From contig NC_092345.1 in NCBI RefSeq assembly GCF_963676685.1, positions 61,380,001-61,444,000 on the forward strand: a stretch of DNA of 64,000 nucleotides. The letters are read 5' to 3'. This DNA comes from Mytilus edulis (lineage: Eukaryota). Below are positions 1 through 12,329 of the stretch, one piece after another. The notes under the pieces were generated by a model. It was not told the DNA's origin. It did not search any database and was given only the letters and a program-made list of their open reading frames with translations. Within the stretch, counting starts at the first letter, position 1. Every line of letters begins with the position of its first letter. The translations under genes were made by a program, and so were the position numbers.

Positions 1-2429
1 ATGATACGAGAAATTTCTATTCATGCAAGAAATAGATAACAAGACACAACCATGCATAAGAGAAATGAACTTTGAAAACGTGACAGGTGTATCATGCGAC
101 CATGGCGCTGCTGTCTATCAATAAACGGAGTAAGCAACCTCAGTACTGGACAGCAAAGAAGAATCAGAAAATTGCTATGTATTAAAACACATTCTACTAA
201 TGGAGGCCTGACCCACGCCCCGACACAAAAAAAAAAAAAAATGAAAAATATAAATAAAAACCATAGACACAATTAGTCCGCTCGATTTTTTTTCCCATTT
301 GACAAAAAATCATTTGAATTAGATTTTATACACAATAAACAATGAATTGAATAGCTCATCAGGAATACAAATATATGTATGTACGTCTTAATCCAAATTA
401 TTTATGCGTACAATATATTGTTGACATCACGAATATGTACTGTACACGAAAGTTATCAAATATGACAAACAGCAAAATATATACAAATGAACGAATGTTA
501 TAACATATAAGTGTTAGAACACCATTATCAAACTGACGAATGCATTGGTTCATGTCTGGAAAAGTGCTTAATTTGAAACTTGGTTTATTATTTTTAATCG
601 TAAATACACTGACAAATAGAATTTTAAACTAAAAACAATTTGTATAATCACTCGAAAAATAATTGACACACTCGAAAAAGCCCAGACTGCTCTCGAAAAA
701 ACCCGAACATAAATAAATGAATTTAGTCTAAAAATGTCGTTTTCAATGCAAAAGAAGAATTTTTGTAAAGTGTCTGTATTTCTAAGGATATATAGATTCC
801 ATGTATGCATTTCCTTCAACATTATCAGTGTTATATGTATAAAAATGGCTTTATACTGTATTTTGGAATTAAAGCATTTTAAGGCTTATTTTAACTTTTT
901 TTAACGGAAAATAATGTCGGGTTAGTAATATCTTTCTATATCAAATACTATCATACATAATATAACTTTGTATATTAAACACAAGCGTCTATAGCACGTC
1001 TGGTTAGAGATGAAGTCTGTTTGTTTACATTTTTGTTCATATTCACTCGAAAAAAAGTGGTCACACTCGAAAAAGCCCGATCAATTCACTCGAAAAACCA
1101 CGATCCTAGCCGGACACTATACCTACCGTGATTTTGTAATTTGTTGCTCGGGCAGTCTTCCCCTAGCTTTCAAGCTGTAAACTTGGGTTACTAAAATTGT
1201 ATATATTCTATACGGTCTTGCGTTTCAAGCAGCCATAGTGTCAATTGTAGACCTGATGACTTAATGTAACTCGTGCCGAAGTTCACGGAGTAAGACCGGA
1301 AATTCACGGGGTTATATTTACCATGCTGTCAATTTTGTATATTTGTAATTTTTATCTGTTTTAAGAACAAAATGCATATTTTTAAAACTTTTTTGTTATA
1401 AATGATTGAAAAATACATATCTAAGAAATTTGAAAAGTGATATGGGATGTACATGTTCCCGGTAAAATCATTTCTGGTACCTCTCATCCATTTTCACAAA
1501 ATTTTGGCAAAAAAGACTGACTTGATTTGTAAAAAAATTTGAAAATTTAATTACTCAAAAACTGTTTATTGTAAATACACAATTTTTTTCACAGATTAGA
1601 TTTTAGTTTGATTACAATATTTTTAAAATTCATTGATATTTTCCACTTGTATCACATGTTTTGGAAATAATTCTAGAATGAGATTTCAACGAGACTGAAA
1701 CGTCAGAAGAAAACATCCTTATAGAACGAATTTGTAATAAATTGACCAATGCCTACTATATTTACTCTTATCAGATCTTATATGAAATAAAAGTAGCCAG
1801 TTAATGGGCATTGATTTTCTTTGGCATATTTTGTAGTTAAGTTGATTTTGTACTCCTGATATTTATTCTATACACCCATGAACAGTATAGACTTCTATTT
1901 GGCACATCATACAAATCAAAAAGTCTTTATTTACTGTGAAATGGTATAAATGTAAAGAAACTAGATTTATAGGCAAATAAGGAATTTATTGTTTGTCAAT
2001 ATTGATTGTGTATAATAATAATATACTTCATTCACTGGTGTTAAATGTAAAAAAAAAAAAAAAAATCAGATTAAAAATAATAATAGGTTCGTACAATTCT
2101 TTACATCCATTTTATTACATTTATGTCAAATAATCAAGACTTTAGAAGTACCTATTAACGATATGTAGTCTTTTAACTTATGTTAATTTGAAGTGCATAT
2201 TCAACGTTTTCATTTGTTTTGTCCTGGGAAGGAATAAGAGTTCATTTACCAGACCATAGTATACATGTTAAACCAGTGCATACATACATTGTATATATGT
2301 CAAAAGGGGACCCGATTATTTGAGCAAACTATCAGAGCAAAACAATTGAAATATAATGTATATGTTGTAATCGCTAAAATAATTAAGCAACTAGAACCTG
2401 ATTTTTTAGCAACGAAAATATGATATAAT

Positions 2430-2650
2430 ATAAAAAAGAAATTCTGGTATGATTGCCAATGAGACAACTCTCCACAAGAAACCAAATGACACAGAAATTA
2501 ACAACTATAGGTCACCGTGCGGCCTTCAACAATGAACAAAACCCATACCGGATAGTCAGCAATAAAAGGCCACAAAATGACAATTTAAAACAATTCAAAC
2601 GAGAAAACTAACGGCCTAATTTATATACCAAAAGTGAACGAAAAACAAAT
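2430..2650 (-). repeat. Abundant SINE-like interspersed repeat (family A)
   Basis: Core ...GATTGCCAATGAGACAAC...GGTCACCGTACGGCCTTCAACAATG... recurs at about 4955-5180, 5905-6360, 7060-7330(rc), 26715-26900(rc), 36105-36215, 37765-38030(rc), 41320-41590(rc), 50015-50075(rc), 55270-55360; family not assigned. Confidence 0.75.
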
Positions 2651-3648
2651 ATGTTTACTACAGTTTGTACACAAATCCTTGATAGAACCACAGAACATGA
2701 TTTTGAAATTTCTATAATTACATCAAAGTTCAGTTTAGCATTTTGTGTAAAAATTTATTTGTCTAATACTTTTAGGAAATTAATAATCGTACAATTGTTT
2801 TTTTTTTTTTACATTACTTCACTTATTTATTTCTGATTAAATTTAAAGAGACAAGTCCTAGTATTTTACTCCCATGATCGAAATTATAATGGTTTTTTTT
2901 TAATCTTTTTAAAAGTCTAAAAATATTAAAGAGTGTATACAATATAAAATGTTATTAGGTGCTTCAAAATTGGTTTAAAGACAGTATAACATATATTTTA
3001 ATTTAATTTTTTTTATTGAATTATTGGATACTTTTGAATAAAACAAACTTAATATATTTATATCGAAAAGAAATTGTAAAATTATTTCAAATAGAATTTG
3101 ATTTTGATTATAAGATTGCCTTTCTGATACATCTTTGGAGTACTCAAATTCCTACTCTATCAAAATAGATTTTTTTGACGGTTATCTTTCTATAAGTAAA
3201 TTTTGGATGTAACGCGTCTTCTGATTGGCTGACGTTATTTTGTTTGTCAGCTCATATTAGGTTGGTCCCCTCCGTGAAATACCCAGTATGCCTTCGGAAT
3301 ATACAAATATTAACAAAAATTTCAATAAGTTAACGGGCGGGGAACAGACTAGCTCTTTCCTGTCTATTCGAAATAACACACTTTAAAATAATTTAATTTT
3401 GGATGCTACGCGGGTTATTCAGTTTGTACCACATTGTTTATGTTATTTCTTCATAGACAGAAGAAATATTACAGTCATTCCTTAAGTAGTTATAATTTGG
3501 GATAACGTTTGAAAATACGTCAAAATGTAGGTAAAACCATAACGCAAATGAAGATTAGAGGACTTGAAATAATCTCGAGAGTAACTAGCTCTATAATATT
3601 ATGTATCTCTTTGGAAAAAAAAAAAGCTTCGTTATAAATATGTACCAG

Positions 3649-4681
3649 TTTTTATACGCCCGTCAAAATTTTGACGGGACGTATTATGGTATACAAATGT
3701 CCGGTGTCCGTCCGTCTGTCTGTCTGTCTGTCTGTCTGTTCGTCTGTCTGTCCGGCGTAAACATGTTGCACCGTAATTTGAGAACGACTTATCTAAATTT
3801 CATGAAACTTAATATAGTTGTTTTTTATGATGATCAAATGATCTGTATACTTTTTGGTGAAAATAAGATTAAAACTTTTTGAGTTACGGCGCTTTGTAAC
3901 TAAAACAGGGGTGTGTTTTTTTTCACATGTCGCACCGTATCTCAAAAACGATTCTTGATTATTGCTTAAAACTTTACACACTTCTTAGTTATATTAATCT
4001 TAATATCTGTATACTTTTTGGTGATGATTCAAAATTTCATTTTTGAGTTATTGAGTATTTTGTAAAAAAGGGGGAGGGTTTTTTACATGTCGCGCCGTAT
4101 CTCAAAAACGATTTATGATTATTGCTTAAAACTTTACACACTTCTTTGTTATATTAATCTAAAGATCTGTATACTTTTTGGTGATGATTCAAAATTTTAT
4201 TTTTGAGTTATTGAGTATTTTGTAAAAAAGGGGGAGGGGTTTTTACATGTCGTGCCGTATCTCAAAAACGATTTATAATTATTGCTTAAAACTTTACACA
4301 CTTCTTTGTTATATTAATCTAAAGATCTGTATACTTTTTGGTGATGACTCAAAATTTTATTTTTGAGTTAGTTGTAAAAAAGGGGAGGGTTTTTTTACAT
4401 GTCGCGCCGTATCTCAAAAACAATTTATGATTATTGGTTGAAACTGTACACACTTCTTTGTTATATTAATCTAAAGATCTGTATACTTTTTGGTTTGATT
4501 CAAAATTTATTTTAGTGATATTTGTAAAAAAAAAAACAGGGGGGGGGGTCACATGTCCCGCCGTGTCTCAAAAGCAATAAATGGTAATTGCTTAAAACTT
4601 TCTCAGGCACTATTTATGATTATTGCATAAAACTTCCACACAAGACGTCGGGCGTATCATGCGCTCATGGCGCAGCTGTTT
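3649..4681 (+). mobile_element. Non-autonomous Helentron/DINE-1-like element with internal ~160-bp tandem array
   Basis: 5' TTTTTATACGCCCGTC with palindrome CCCGTCAAAATTTTGACGGG; (GTCT/GTCC)n microsatellite; repeat unit ACATGTCGC.CCGTATCTC at 3925, 4085, 4245, 4397, 4551; 3' GGGCGTAT inverted copy plus hairpin TGCGC-TCATG-GCGCA; T-rich flanks. Confidence 0.8.
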
Positions 4682-5195
4682 ATTTTCTTTAATATCGTTC
4701 GATTATACAGTCAGTATTATATATATATTTCTTTAAATAAACGCAGATGTAGGTTATATCTCAATGAGACAGCAACCTATCAACATAGTTTTAAAAAATC
4801 GAAAAGACGTCTACATCTTCCAACCAATAGACAAATGTCTTTCCTGGATGACTGTAAGACGAGACTTTTGGTGATAGGTTAACGCCGACTATCAAAAGAC
4901 AGAAAAAATTCGAAATTCTCCATGTACTAAAACATTAAGATGTGTTAAATAAAATGTTGAGATGTTATATGGTTGCCAATGAGACAACTATCCACCAGAG
5001 TTCAAATGAGGTGGATGTAAGCAATATTATACTAGGCAACTGTACGGCCTTCAACAATGATGACTACCTACACCGCATAGTCGGCTTTAAAACCACCAAA
5101 TATGAAACATATAAAACTATTTAATTGAAAAAGTTAACTGCCCAATATTTAACAAAACAATTTACAAAAAACAAATATATATGTATTTATTTTAG

Positions 5196-5649
5196 ATTAA
5201 TCCAAACCAATTTTGTTGTAGGGATACTTATACCAGTTACTCTTGGTTTATACGTCGTGTACATGGAAGATAGAGGGTTTTCTTTAGAAGTGGTATATTT
5301 CTTGATGATCGTTAGTAATGTATTGGTGGTAATAACTGTGGTCCTGCGAATTTTCGACTTCAAGCTTCCGGAACCAAAGAAGCGAGGGATACCTTTCATT
5401 ATGCCACCACTAACTACAATTAACCGACAGGTTAAAACACCGATGTCAAAGATTCAAAGGAAAACTGAAAAGAAGCTTAAGCCTGCAATTACACAACAAC
5501 GATATTTCCCTAAACCTTCGGAAAAAAGACACACTCATCCTTTCTACAAAAAAGATGTGGATCCATTGTTTGTTAAAGTGTTATATGCAAAAGACAAAGA
5601 TTCTGATACATTGACAGCAGTCAGGCCTTTCAATGTAAACGTCAAATGA
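5196..5649 (+). CDS. Probable terminal coding exon of a multi-pass membrane protein
   Basis: Acceptor TTTATTTTAG ending at 5195; open frame to TGA 5647-5649 with two hydrophobic helices (FVVGILIPVTLGLYVVYM; VVYFLMIVSNVLVVITVVL) and a basic Pro/Lys-rich tail; upstream exons not identified. Confidence 0.5.
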
Positions 5650-7719
5650 AAATGTAGGACATCAATGGAGAATCGACAAAGGTTTTCTTATTTTAATAGA
5701 TTGTTCAATGATCGATGGAGAATATTTTAGCTGAGATATTTTTTCGGTAAACGGGAGATAATCATATTTTAAATGTTGTTACTGTAATTTTACAATGTAG
5801 GTTATGCACTGTGAGGTTATGCCGCTTCTCTGAAGACCACAGGCACTTGTCTCAACAACAAAAAATCGTCTATACCTTAATATAACGAAGACATGCAATA
5901 TTTTTTTGGTCACCGTACGGCCTTCAACAATGATAAAGCCCATATTACATAATCAGTTATAAAAGGTCCCGAAATCACAAGTGTAAAACAAACTAACGGC
6001 CTAATTAATGCACAACAAATAAACTAATAACAAATATGTAACACAGCAACAAATGACAACCACTGAATTACAGGCTCCTGACTTGGGACAGGCACATGGA
6101 TCTAGAATTGGGCGGGGTTAAACATGTAAGCGGGATTCCAACCCTCCCCCTTATCTGGGACAGTGGTGTAACATTACAACGTAAGAACGAACTATAGAAA
6201 TCATTTGAAAAAAAAGCTGAACTCATCAGATGGATACAAATAGAAATACATATACATGTTGCAAATAAAATGTGGACGTGACAGGGTATTTGTACATCAC
6301 AAATACAAAAAGCCACTAAGTACGTAACAGTCAGAAAAACATGACCTTGTGCAATGCCAAGATATTATGTTGAAATAATACAAGTATTATTCAAACAAAA
6401 CAGGCGTAAAATGCATTGTTTAGTGAGATATCTACCGTATCTACGATAGGAAAGAAAGGGGTATCCATCAATTACACATAATCAGTATGAACATTTCAAA
6501 AACTGAAAAATAAAAGGAACAACGCTTATATAACTGTTTTTTTTTACCTCAAAGTCACAGTGAGGCCTCCAACACGGAGCAAAACAAACCTCTTAACTAA
6601 AATTGTCCGTTTTTAAATTTTGAAATAATTAAGAAACTAAGGTTTCAACTCCCTCAGGCAAAGTTGGTTTCAGATGGATTTAGCTATTTATTTTAGGTAT
6701 TTTTGACATATAGATTTTCAACGGTTTCGGTACTTGTACATCTTCGGATTTCAAATGTTTGGCTTTGAGCGTTCCTGATGAAGGTAAATCCAGAAAAGCG
6801 CTTCGGACGCAGAAATTTTTAAACGTGCTGTTTTCAATTTTTCACACATTGCAAGTTTGAAGTGACCTTATACTAGTATGTACATTCACGGCGCTTCAAT
6901 TTGTCGATACTTATGTTTTGGCATTGTACAAGTTCGAGTATTTCTCTGATTGTTAATGATTATTGGGTGTGTACTCTCAGAACTGTACTTTGTGTATTTT
7001 ATGTTTTTGTTACTTTTTGGTTGCCATGTATCGGACCTTTTCAACATTTCAATAATTTGTTCTTATGTAGTATTGTTACACCACTGTCGAAGATAGGTAG
7101 ATATTTGGCGCCATCAAACATGTTAAACCCCGCAAAATTCTGTATGTGCCTGTCCCAAGTCAGAAGGCTGTATTTCAGTGGTTGTCGTTTGTTGCTGTAT
7201 GTAATATTTATGTTTAAGTCTTTTGTACATAATTCTGAATTTTAGTTATCTCGTTTGCATTGTTTAACATCATTCTGTCCATTGGGTGCATTATGTAGCT
7301 TACTGTGCAGTATAGGTTTGCTCATTGTTGAATGTCTTACGATGACAAATAGTTGTTTTAAAGTGTCAGTCACTGTAAAAATCAGGACATTTAGAAGAAT
7401 TCCAAAACATTGCCGAAAAAAACCCGCCAACCCAATCATCCTATTTGGATATTACCTTCATCCTGAGTTGGAAAAGGAAGGTCTTTCGTTTCTGCGTCTG
7501 GTAATTCGAGACATCTCTAGATAACGTTTGGCTAGAATAATATCATACTAGTTTTACTCTGTTATCTCCCCTTAATTGTTAATTTCTAGTGTATTTCAGC
7601 CAAAATATATCTCGTAATACCAAACCAGGAAAAGGAAACGAATATTATGTTCGTGCATGATCATACATTTGAACTTTAATTATTAATGTCAAATATAGCG
7701 ACTTTTGTTTGTCATGTTT

Positions 7720-8070
7720 ACTGAACTCCGAGGAAAATTCAAAATGGAAAGTCCCTTATCAAATGGCAAACACATCAAACGAATAGATAACAACTGTCAT
7801 ATTCCTGACTTGGTACAGGCATTTTCTAATGTTGAATGGTGAATTGGACCTAATTTTATAGCTAGCTAAACCTCTCACTAGTATGACAGTCGCATCTTAT
7901 ACCATTATATTGACAACGATGCTTGAACAAAACAAACAGACACAATAGGTACAAATGTCAGAAATAAGGGTCCAGAAGTCAACATTGTGTTATAATCTCA
8001 ATCACTATAAAAAAAAACATATTTAACAAAGAAGTACAAAAAAGCATTTACCAAAATTAACAACCTCATT
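7720..8070 (+). repeat. Abundant interspersed repeat (family B)
   Basis: ACTGAACTCCGAGGAAAATTC...CAACTGTCATATTCCTGACTTGGTACAGGCATTTTC also at about 23810-24420, 34955-35360, 38790-38955(rc), 39835-39960, 46385-47040. Confidence 0.75.
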
Positions 8071-10309
8071 CTTTTTTTTATTTTCGATTTTATTTATCTG
8101 TGTTAAATCCATTCATAAAGGATTGAAAACATTTAAATACTGGGACCGAAAACTATCCTTAACCTGACAGGGACATGGTTAACTCTGACGTAGAATCGCC
8201 CGTTCGACGAACATCAGCTGATCATAATGTAAACGTTACACAGGCAGAGATATACAGTAATTTTATAAAAGACTTTTTCTATGAGTGGAAGCAAACAAAT
8301 TTGAAACCATTGTAGATTTGATACATATCTGCTTATGTTAGCCTTCTAGAGCACACGAGAGACTACACCAGTTACAATGAATGTGACGTCATTAGTTTAT
8401 TCAGCTTTATTGTAGTCTTCTGTAGACTGTAACTGTTACAGTTGGGTTTTATTTTATTTATTTATTTGTCAAATAAAATTGAGAATGGAAATGGGGAATG
8501 TGCCAAAGAGACAGCAACCCGACCATAGAAAAAAAAACAACAGCAGAAGGTCACCAACAGGTCTTCAATGTAGTGAGAAATTCCCGCACCCGGAGGCGTC
8601 CTTCAGCTGGCCCCTAAACAAATATATACTAGTTCAGTGATAATGAACGCCATACTAATTTCCAAATTGTACACAAGAAACTAAAATTAAAATAATACAA
8701 GACTAACAAAGGCCATTAAAATTCAGTTCAAGAGAAGTCTCAGTCTGATGTCAGAAGATGTAACCAAAGAAAATAAACAAAATGACAATAATACATACGT
8801 AACAATAGACTACTAGCAGTTAACTGACATACCAGCTCCAGACTTCAATTAAACTGACTGAAAGATTATGATTTCATCATATGAACATCAGGCACAATCC
8901 TTCCCGTTAGGGGTTTAGTATCATACCATCATAACATATATGAGAAGAACATAACCCGTGTCATGCCAACAACTGGTTTTTGAATAAATGTGTTTAGTTC
9001 CGATGCAAAGACCCTATAAGTGAATCAATATTAACGCCAAAATATGCAATCTTTAATGACCTGACAACAGTATCGTAACTACAACTGTTTTTTTAGGAAC
9101 TAGTTGAAAGCACTGAAAGATTAGTCGAAGAACGCTTACTGCTGCACAATATAACAAGATATTGTATATACTACAGCTTGATATAACACACTATTGTACG
9201 TTCTGTGTGTGAAGTGTTGGTAACCAATACCAGAAACATAAAACAACATTGTATTAATTAAAGCGGGAGGTTTGGCATGCCATTAAATCAGGTTCAACCC
9301 ACCATTTTCTTAAAATGTCCTGTACAAAGTCTGGAATATTGCATTTGTAATCAAACAGTTCGTTTTATGTGTGTTCGCGTTTGTTTTTGTTGGACTTCGG
9401 TATTCCTGTTATTCCCTTTTCCCTTCTTTTAGTTGATATGTTTCCCTCTGTTTTGATTTGTAACCCGGATTAGTTTTTTTCTCAATCGATTAAGAACTTT
9501 TGAACACCGGATTACTACTGTTGCGTTTATTTACAACCATTTACAAAACTTTAAAGACAAAATTTTGAATCGTTTGAATAGTCTCATGTTATCACAGCAG
9601 TTAGTACGGCGGCTTTGTGAAAAATTGTGCACATCCTGCTACAAGCATGAAATTTGGCATAGACCATCCTCAACTATTTCTGCTTTATTTCAGATAGGGA
9701 GGCATAAGTTAGTCCAGTTAATAAGAGTTAATTCCTGATTTAACCTACTCGTCCGTTTGGACTCTCGTACTAGAAAAAAATGGAACTTCAAGGTAGATTA
9801 TGCAATAAATGTTGCTATGACAAAATATGATTTATGATCAATACAGACATTAAAAAAACATCCAGATTAACATAGACTTATAGTTTCTGGTACATATCAT
9901 TAGGAATGTAATTTTTTCAAAGGTGAAATAGAGATTGAAAATATATATGCGATATAAAGTAATACGTTCCAACAAATTAAGATACATTAAATCAACCAAG
10001 CTCCAGATTCTTAATATCGTTTTTGTTATACTGTAACGCAAATACACAGTACAGGAATTAAAAGAAATATTTAGTGATTGGTCCATGTACACACCAATAA
10101 AATGGAAAGTTTACTATTGATCAAAAACAATAAACAAACGCGCATTAATCATTTGTCAATAAAATAAACATTAGTAAAGTTTAACTTTTTAAAAAGATAA
10201 GCTTGTTTACTGAAAAAGTCGCGACGTCATGTTACACTTGTATACATGTAGGAACATCGCGCGTAACGTCTATGTCATTTCAAAATTTCCAACAATTATA
10301 TTAATTTAT

Positions 10310-11270
10310 GCCAAATATTTTACATTATTATGGAATAGCGCACTCGCTTAATGAGTGGTTAAACACGATCAATATTGAAGTAAATGAGAACAAAATTCAT
10401 GCAATACTACCTTTTAACATAAGTATCTTTTTTGAATCAAAAAAAAATTAAAGGAAATGTACAAAGTGTTGAATGAAAAATGTGTTACATTTGCTGCAAA
10501 GGAAAAATTGGAGAACCATCTTAATATGACTGGTATTAACTGGAAAAAAAATATACACTTCGTGTACAAAATATAGTAAAAGCACTAAGCTTTGATGGTT
10601 CCAATATAGAATTATCCATAGAATTTTGGGAACTAATTCACTACTTTACAAGATGAAAAGAAATAGTAACAACATATGTACATTTTCTAAACAAGGACCA
10701 GAGACCATAGAACATTTATTTTGTAGCTGTCCGATGGTTGCCAGTCTCTGGCATGCACTAAACATTTGGATTTTTGAAATCACAAATATTGAACTGCTTT
10801 TGAATATTATGATTATTTTATTTGGTATCTACGAAAATGTTAAATTGAATTTTGTTGAAAATAAGATTATTCTACTACAAAATATTATATTTACCGAACA
10901 AAACTACAAGAAGTTTTGCCAAATTTAAATGCTTTAAAAAAAACTATTTAAACGAACACTTGAACTTAGAAAAATATATTTCATTTAAAAATCTCTACGT
11001 AGAGGAATATAACAAATACTGGAGTCCCTGGGCCCCTATCATAGAATAAATAATAAATGTTAAAATGTGATTGAAACACCACTTATGTATATTGCAAGAA
11101 CACATACGATTTCAATGTTATAAGATATTTATTTATTTTCAACCTATTATTGCACCATCATATATATTCAATTGTTATTTTATTATTTAATACTTCCTTT
11201 GTGTGAAAATGCCGTTCTGTACACCTTTGTTCATACATGTTGAGCTAGTCTATTTGTTACAATAACGAAA
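10310..11270 (+). mobile_element. Decayed 3' end of an L1/Tx1-clade non-LTR retrotransposon (zf-RVT region)
   Basis: Interrupted frames read KL*WFQYRIIHRILGTNSLL...CTFSKQGPETIEHLFCSCPMVASLW, the C-terminal zinc-knuckle region of L1/Tx1 ORF2; stops and frameshifts; A-rich tail near 11260. Confidence 0.75.
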
Positions 11271-11623
11271 ATTCATTATATAAAAAAACTATTTCAAATG
11301 TGATTATAAAATCACATATCCTTCCCTTACTACCTGTTATTTTTATTAAACAAAAATGTCTTTGATATCTATATAACCATGAAGTGTAAGACGTACAATT
11401 ACTTTATAAGACCTACAATAATGTAAAATCCAGATTACAAAAACACTCAGGTAAAAACAATTCTTTAGATATGTCAAAAGTTTGTCAGTTATAGGAAGAA
11501 TTAAATGAAGGTCTTTTACAGTTACTACTCAAGGAATGAATATATAATTGATGTGAGTAAAACAACGTGGAAATTAAAATTATTTCGTATATCATTAGAT
11601 TTTATGAAAATCTTAAGTCCAAA

Positions 11624-12189
11624 TATTCTGGATCACATACGCAACTGTATTTACTATAAAGTCTATTGGATTGAATTTTCAGACATTCATATTTTCCGGA
11701 AATAATCTGGACTTATCCGTATTTTCACTACCGTTTACTTTCTCTTCCTCACCTGTCTATTGCAAATGGATGCCACGACAAATCTGCTCCTGTGGATATT
11801 GTGACAAATCACCGTCAAGTACGTTTCAAATCGATTATAAACTGTTAAATATATATACCGTTAATTCCGTTAACTTGAATTCCACGTTTATTCAACAAAT
11901 ACGAACTGTAATTGTTTATTTCTATGAATTGACCTGAGAATTCTACTTTCGTTTTTGACTTGATATTATTATTGCATTGAACATTCATATATTTCTTTCG
12001 TACATATTGTAAAGTATTGTATTTTTATTTCTTTCAGTTTACCAAACAATACACACTCTGTAAAAACTCCTGTACCAATTCTGGTGGAATTATAATCTAC
12101 AATCTTCACACACAAGTTGTTATTCTTTATAATTTGCCGAGATTGCGATACAGTCCCATGGTTATACTAGCTGAGTCAGGCTCAGCATA
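11624..12189 (+). repeat. 5' LTR (566 bp, TATTCTG...CAGCATA)
   Basis: Direct repeat of 18996-19561 with no differences seen by eye; boundaries fixed by the TSD and PPT. Confidence 0.95.
11819..12037 (+). other. Predicted 219-nt GT-AG intron inside the LTR (copy at 19191-19409)
   Basis: Donor AA|GTACGT at 11818/11819; strong acceptor TTTTTATTTCTTTCAG| ending at 12037; removal creates an 11-nt complement of the PBS. Confidence 0.7.
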
Positions 12190-12200
12190 GTAAATTGACG
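12190..12200 (+). promoter_or_regulatory. Non-tRNA primer-binding site GTAAATTGACG
   Basis: Abuts the 5' LTR; lacks the TGG that pairs with tRNA CCA; reverse complement CGTCAATTTAC equals 11813-11818 joined to 12038-12042. Confidence 0.75.
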
Positions 12201-12329
12201 ACAACCTGTCTTTACATATCCAGACAAGGAACGACAACGTAGCAACGTACATACGTACATACCTTTACACTGACAGTGGACTACATATCTTGTGTGAACT
12301 CGACAGCAACCCAACAACGTTGAGTCAAC

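Noticed and set aside
274-1120. Possible DNA transposon with repeated CACTCGAAAA motifs
   Set aside because: The motif repeats are real, but TIRs and TSD could not be defined convincingly.
11649-11657. ATTTACTAT is complementary to the LTR/PBS junction ATAGTAAAT (12187-12195)
   Set aside because: Only 9 nt and very AT-rich. It overlaps the putative TATA box, so is probably untranscribed in the 5' LTR, and would put the primer end inside U5. Weaker than the 11-nt splice-junction match.
11671-11937. 88-aa ORF present in both LTRs (also 19043-19309)
   Set aside because: TTG start, runs through the predicted intron, no recognisable domain; duplicated only because the LTR is.
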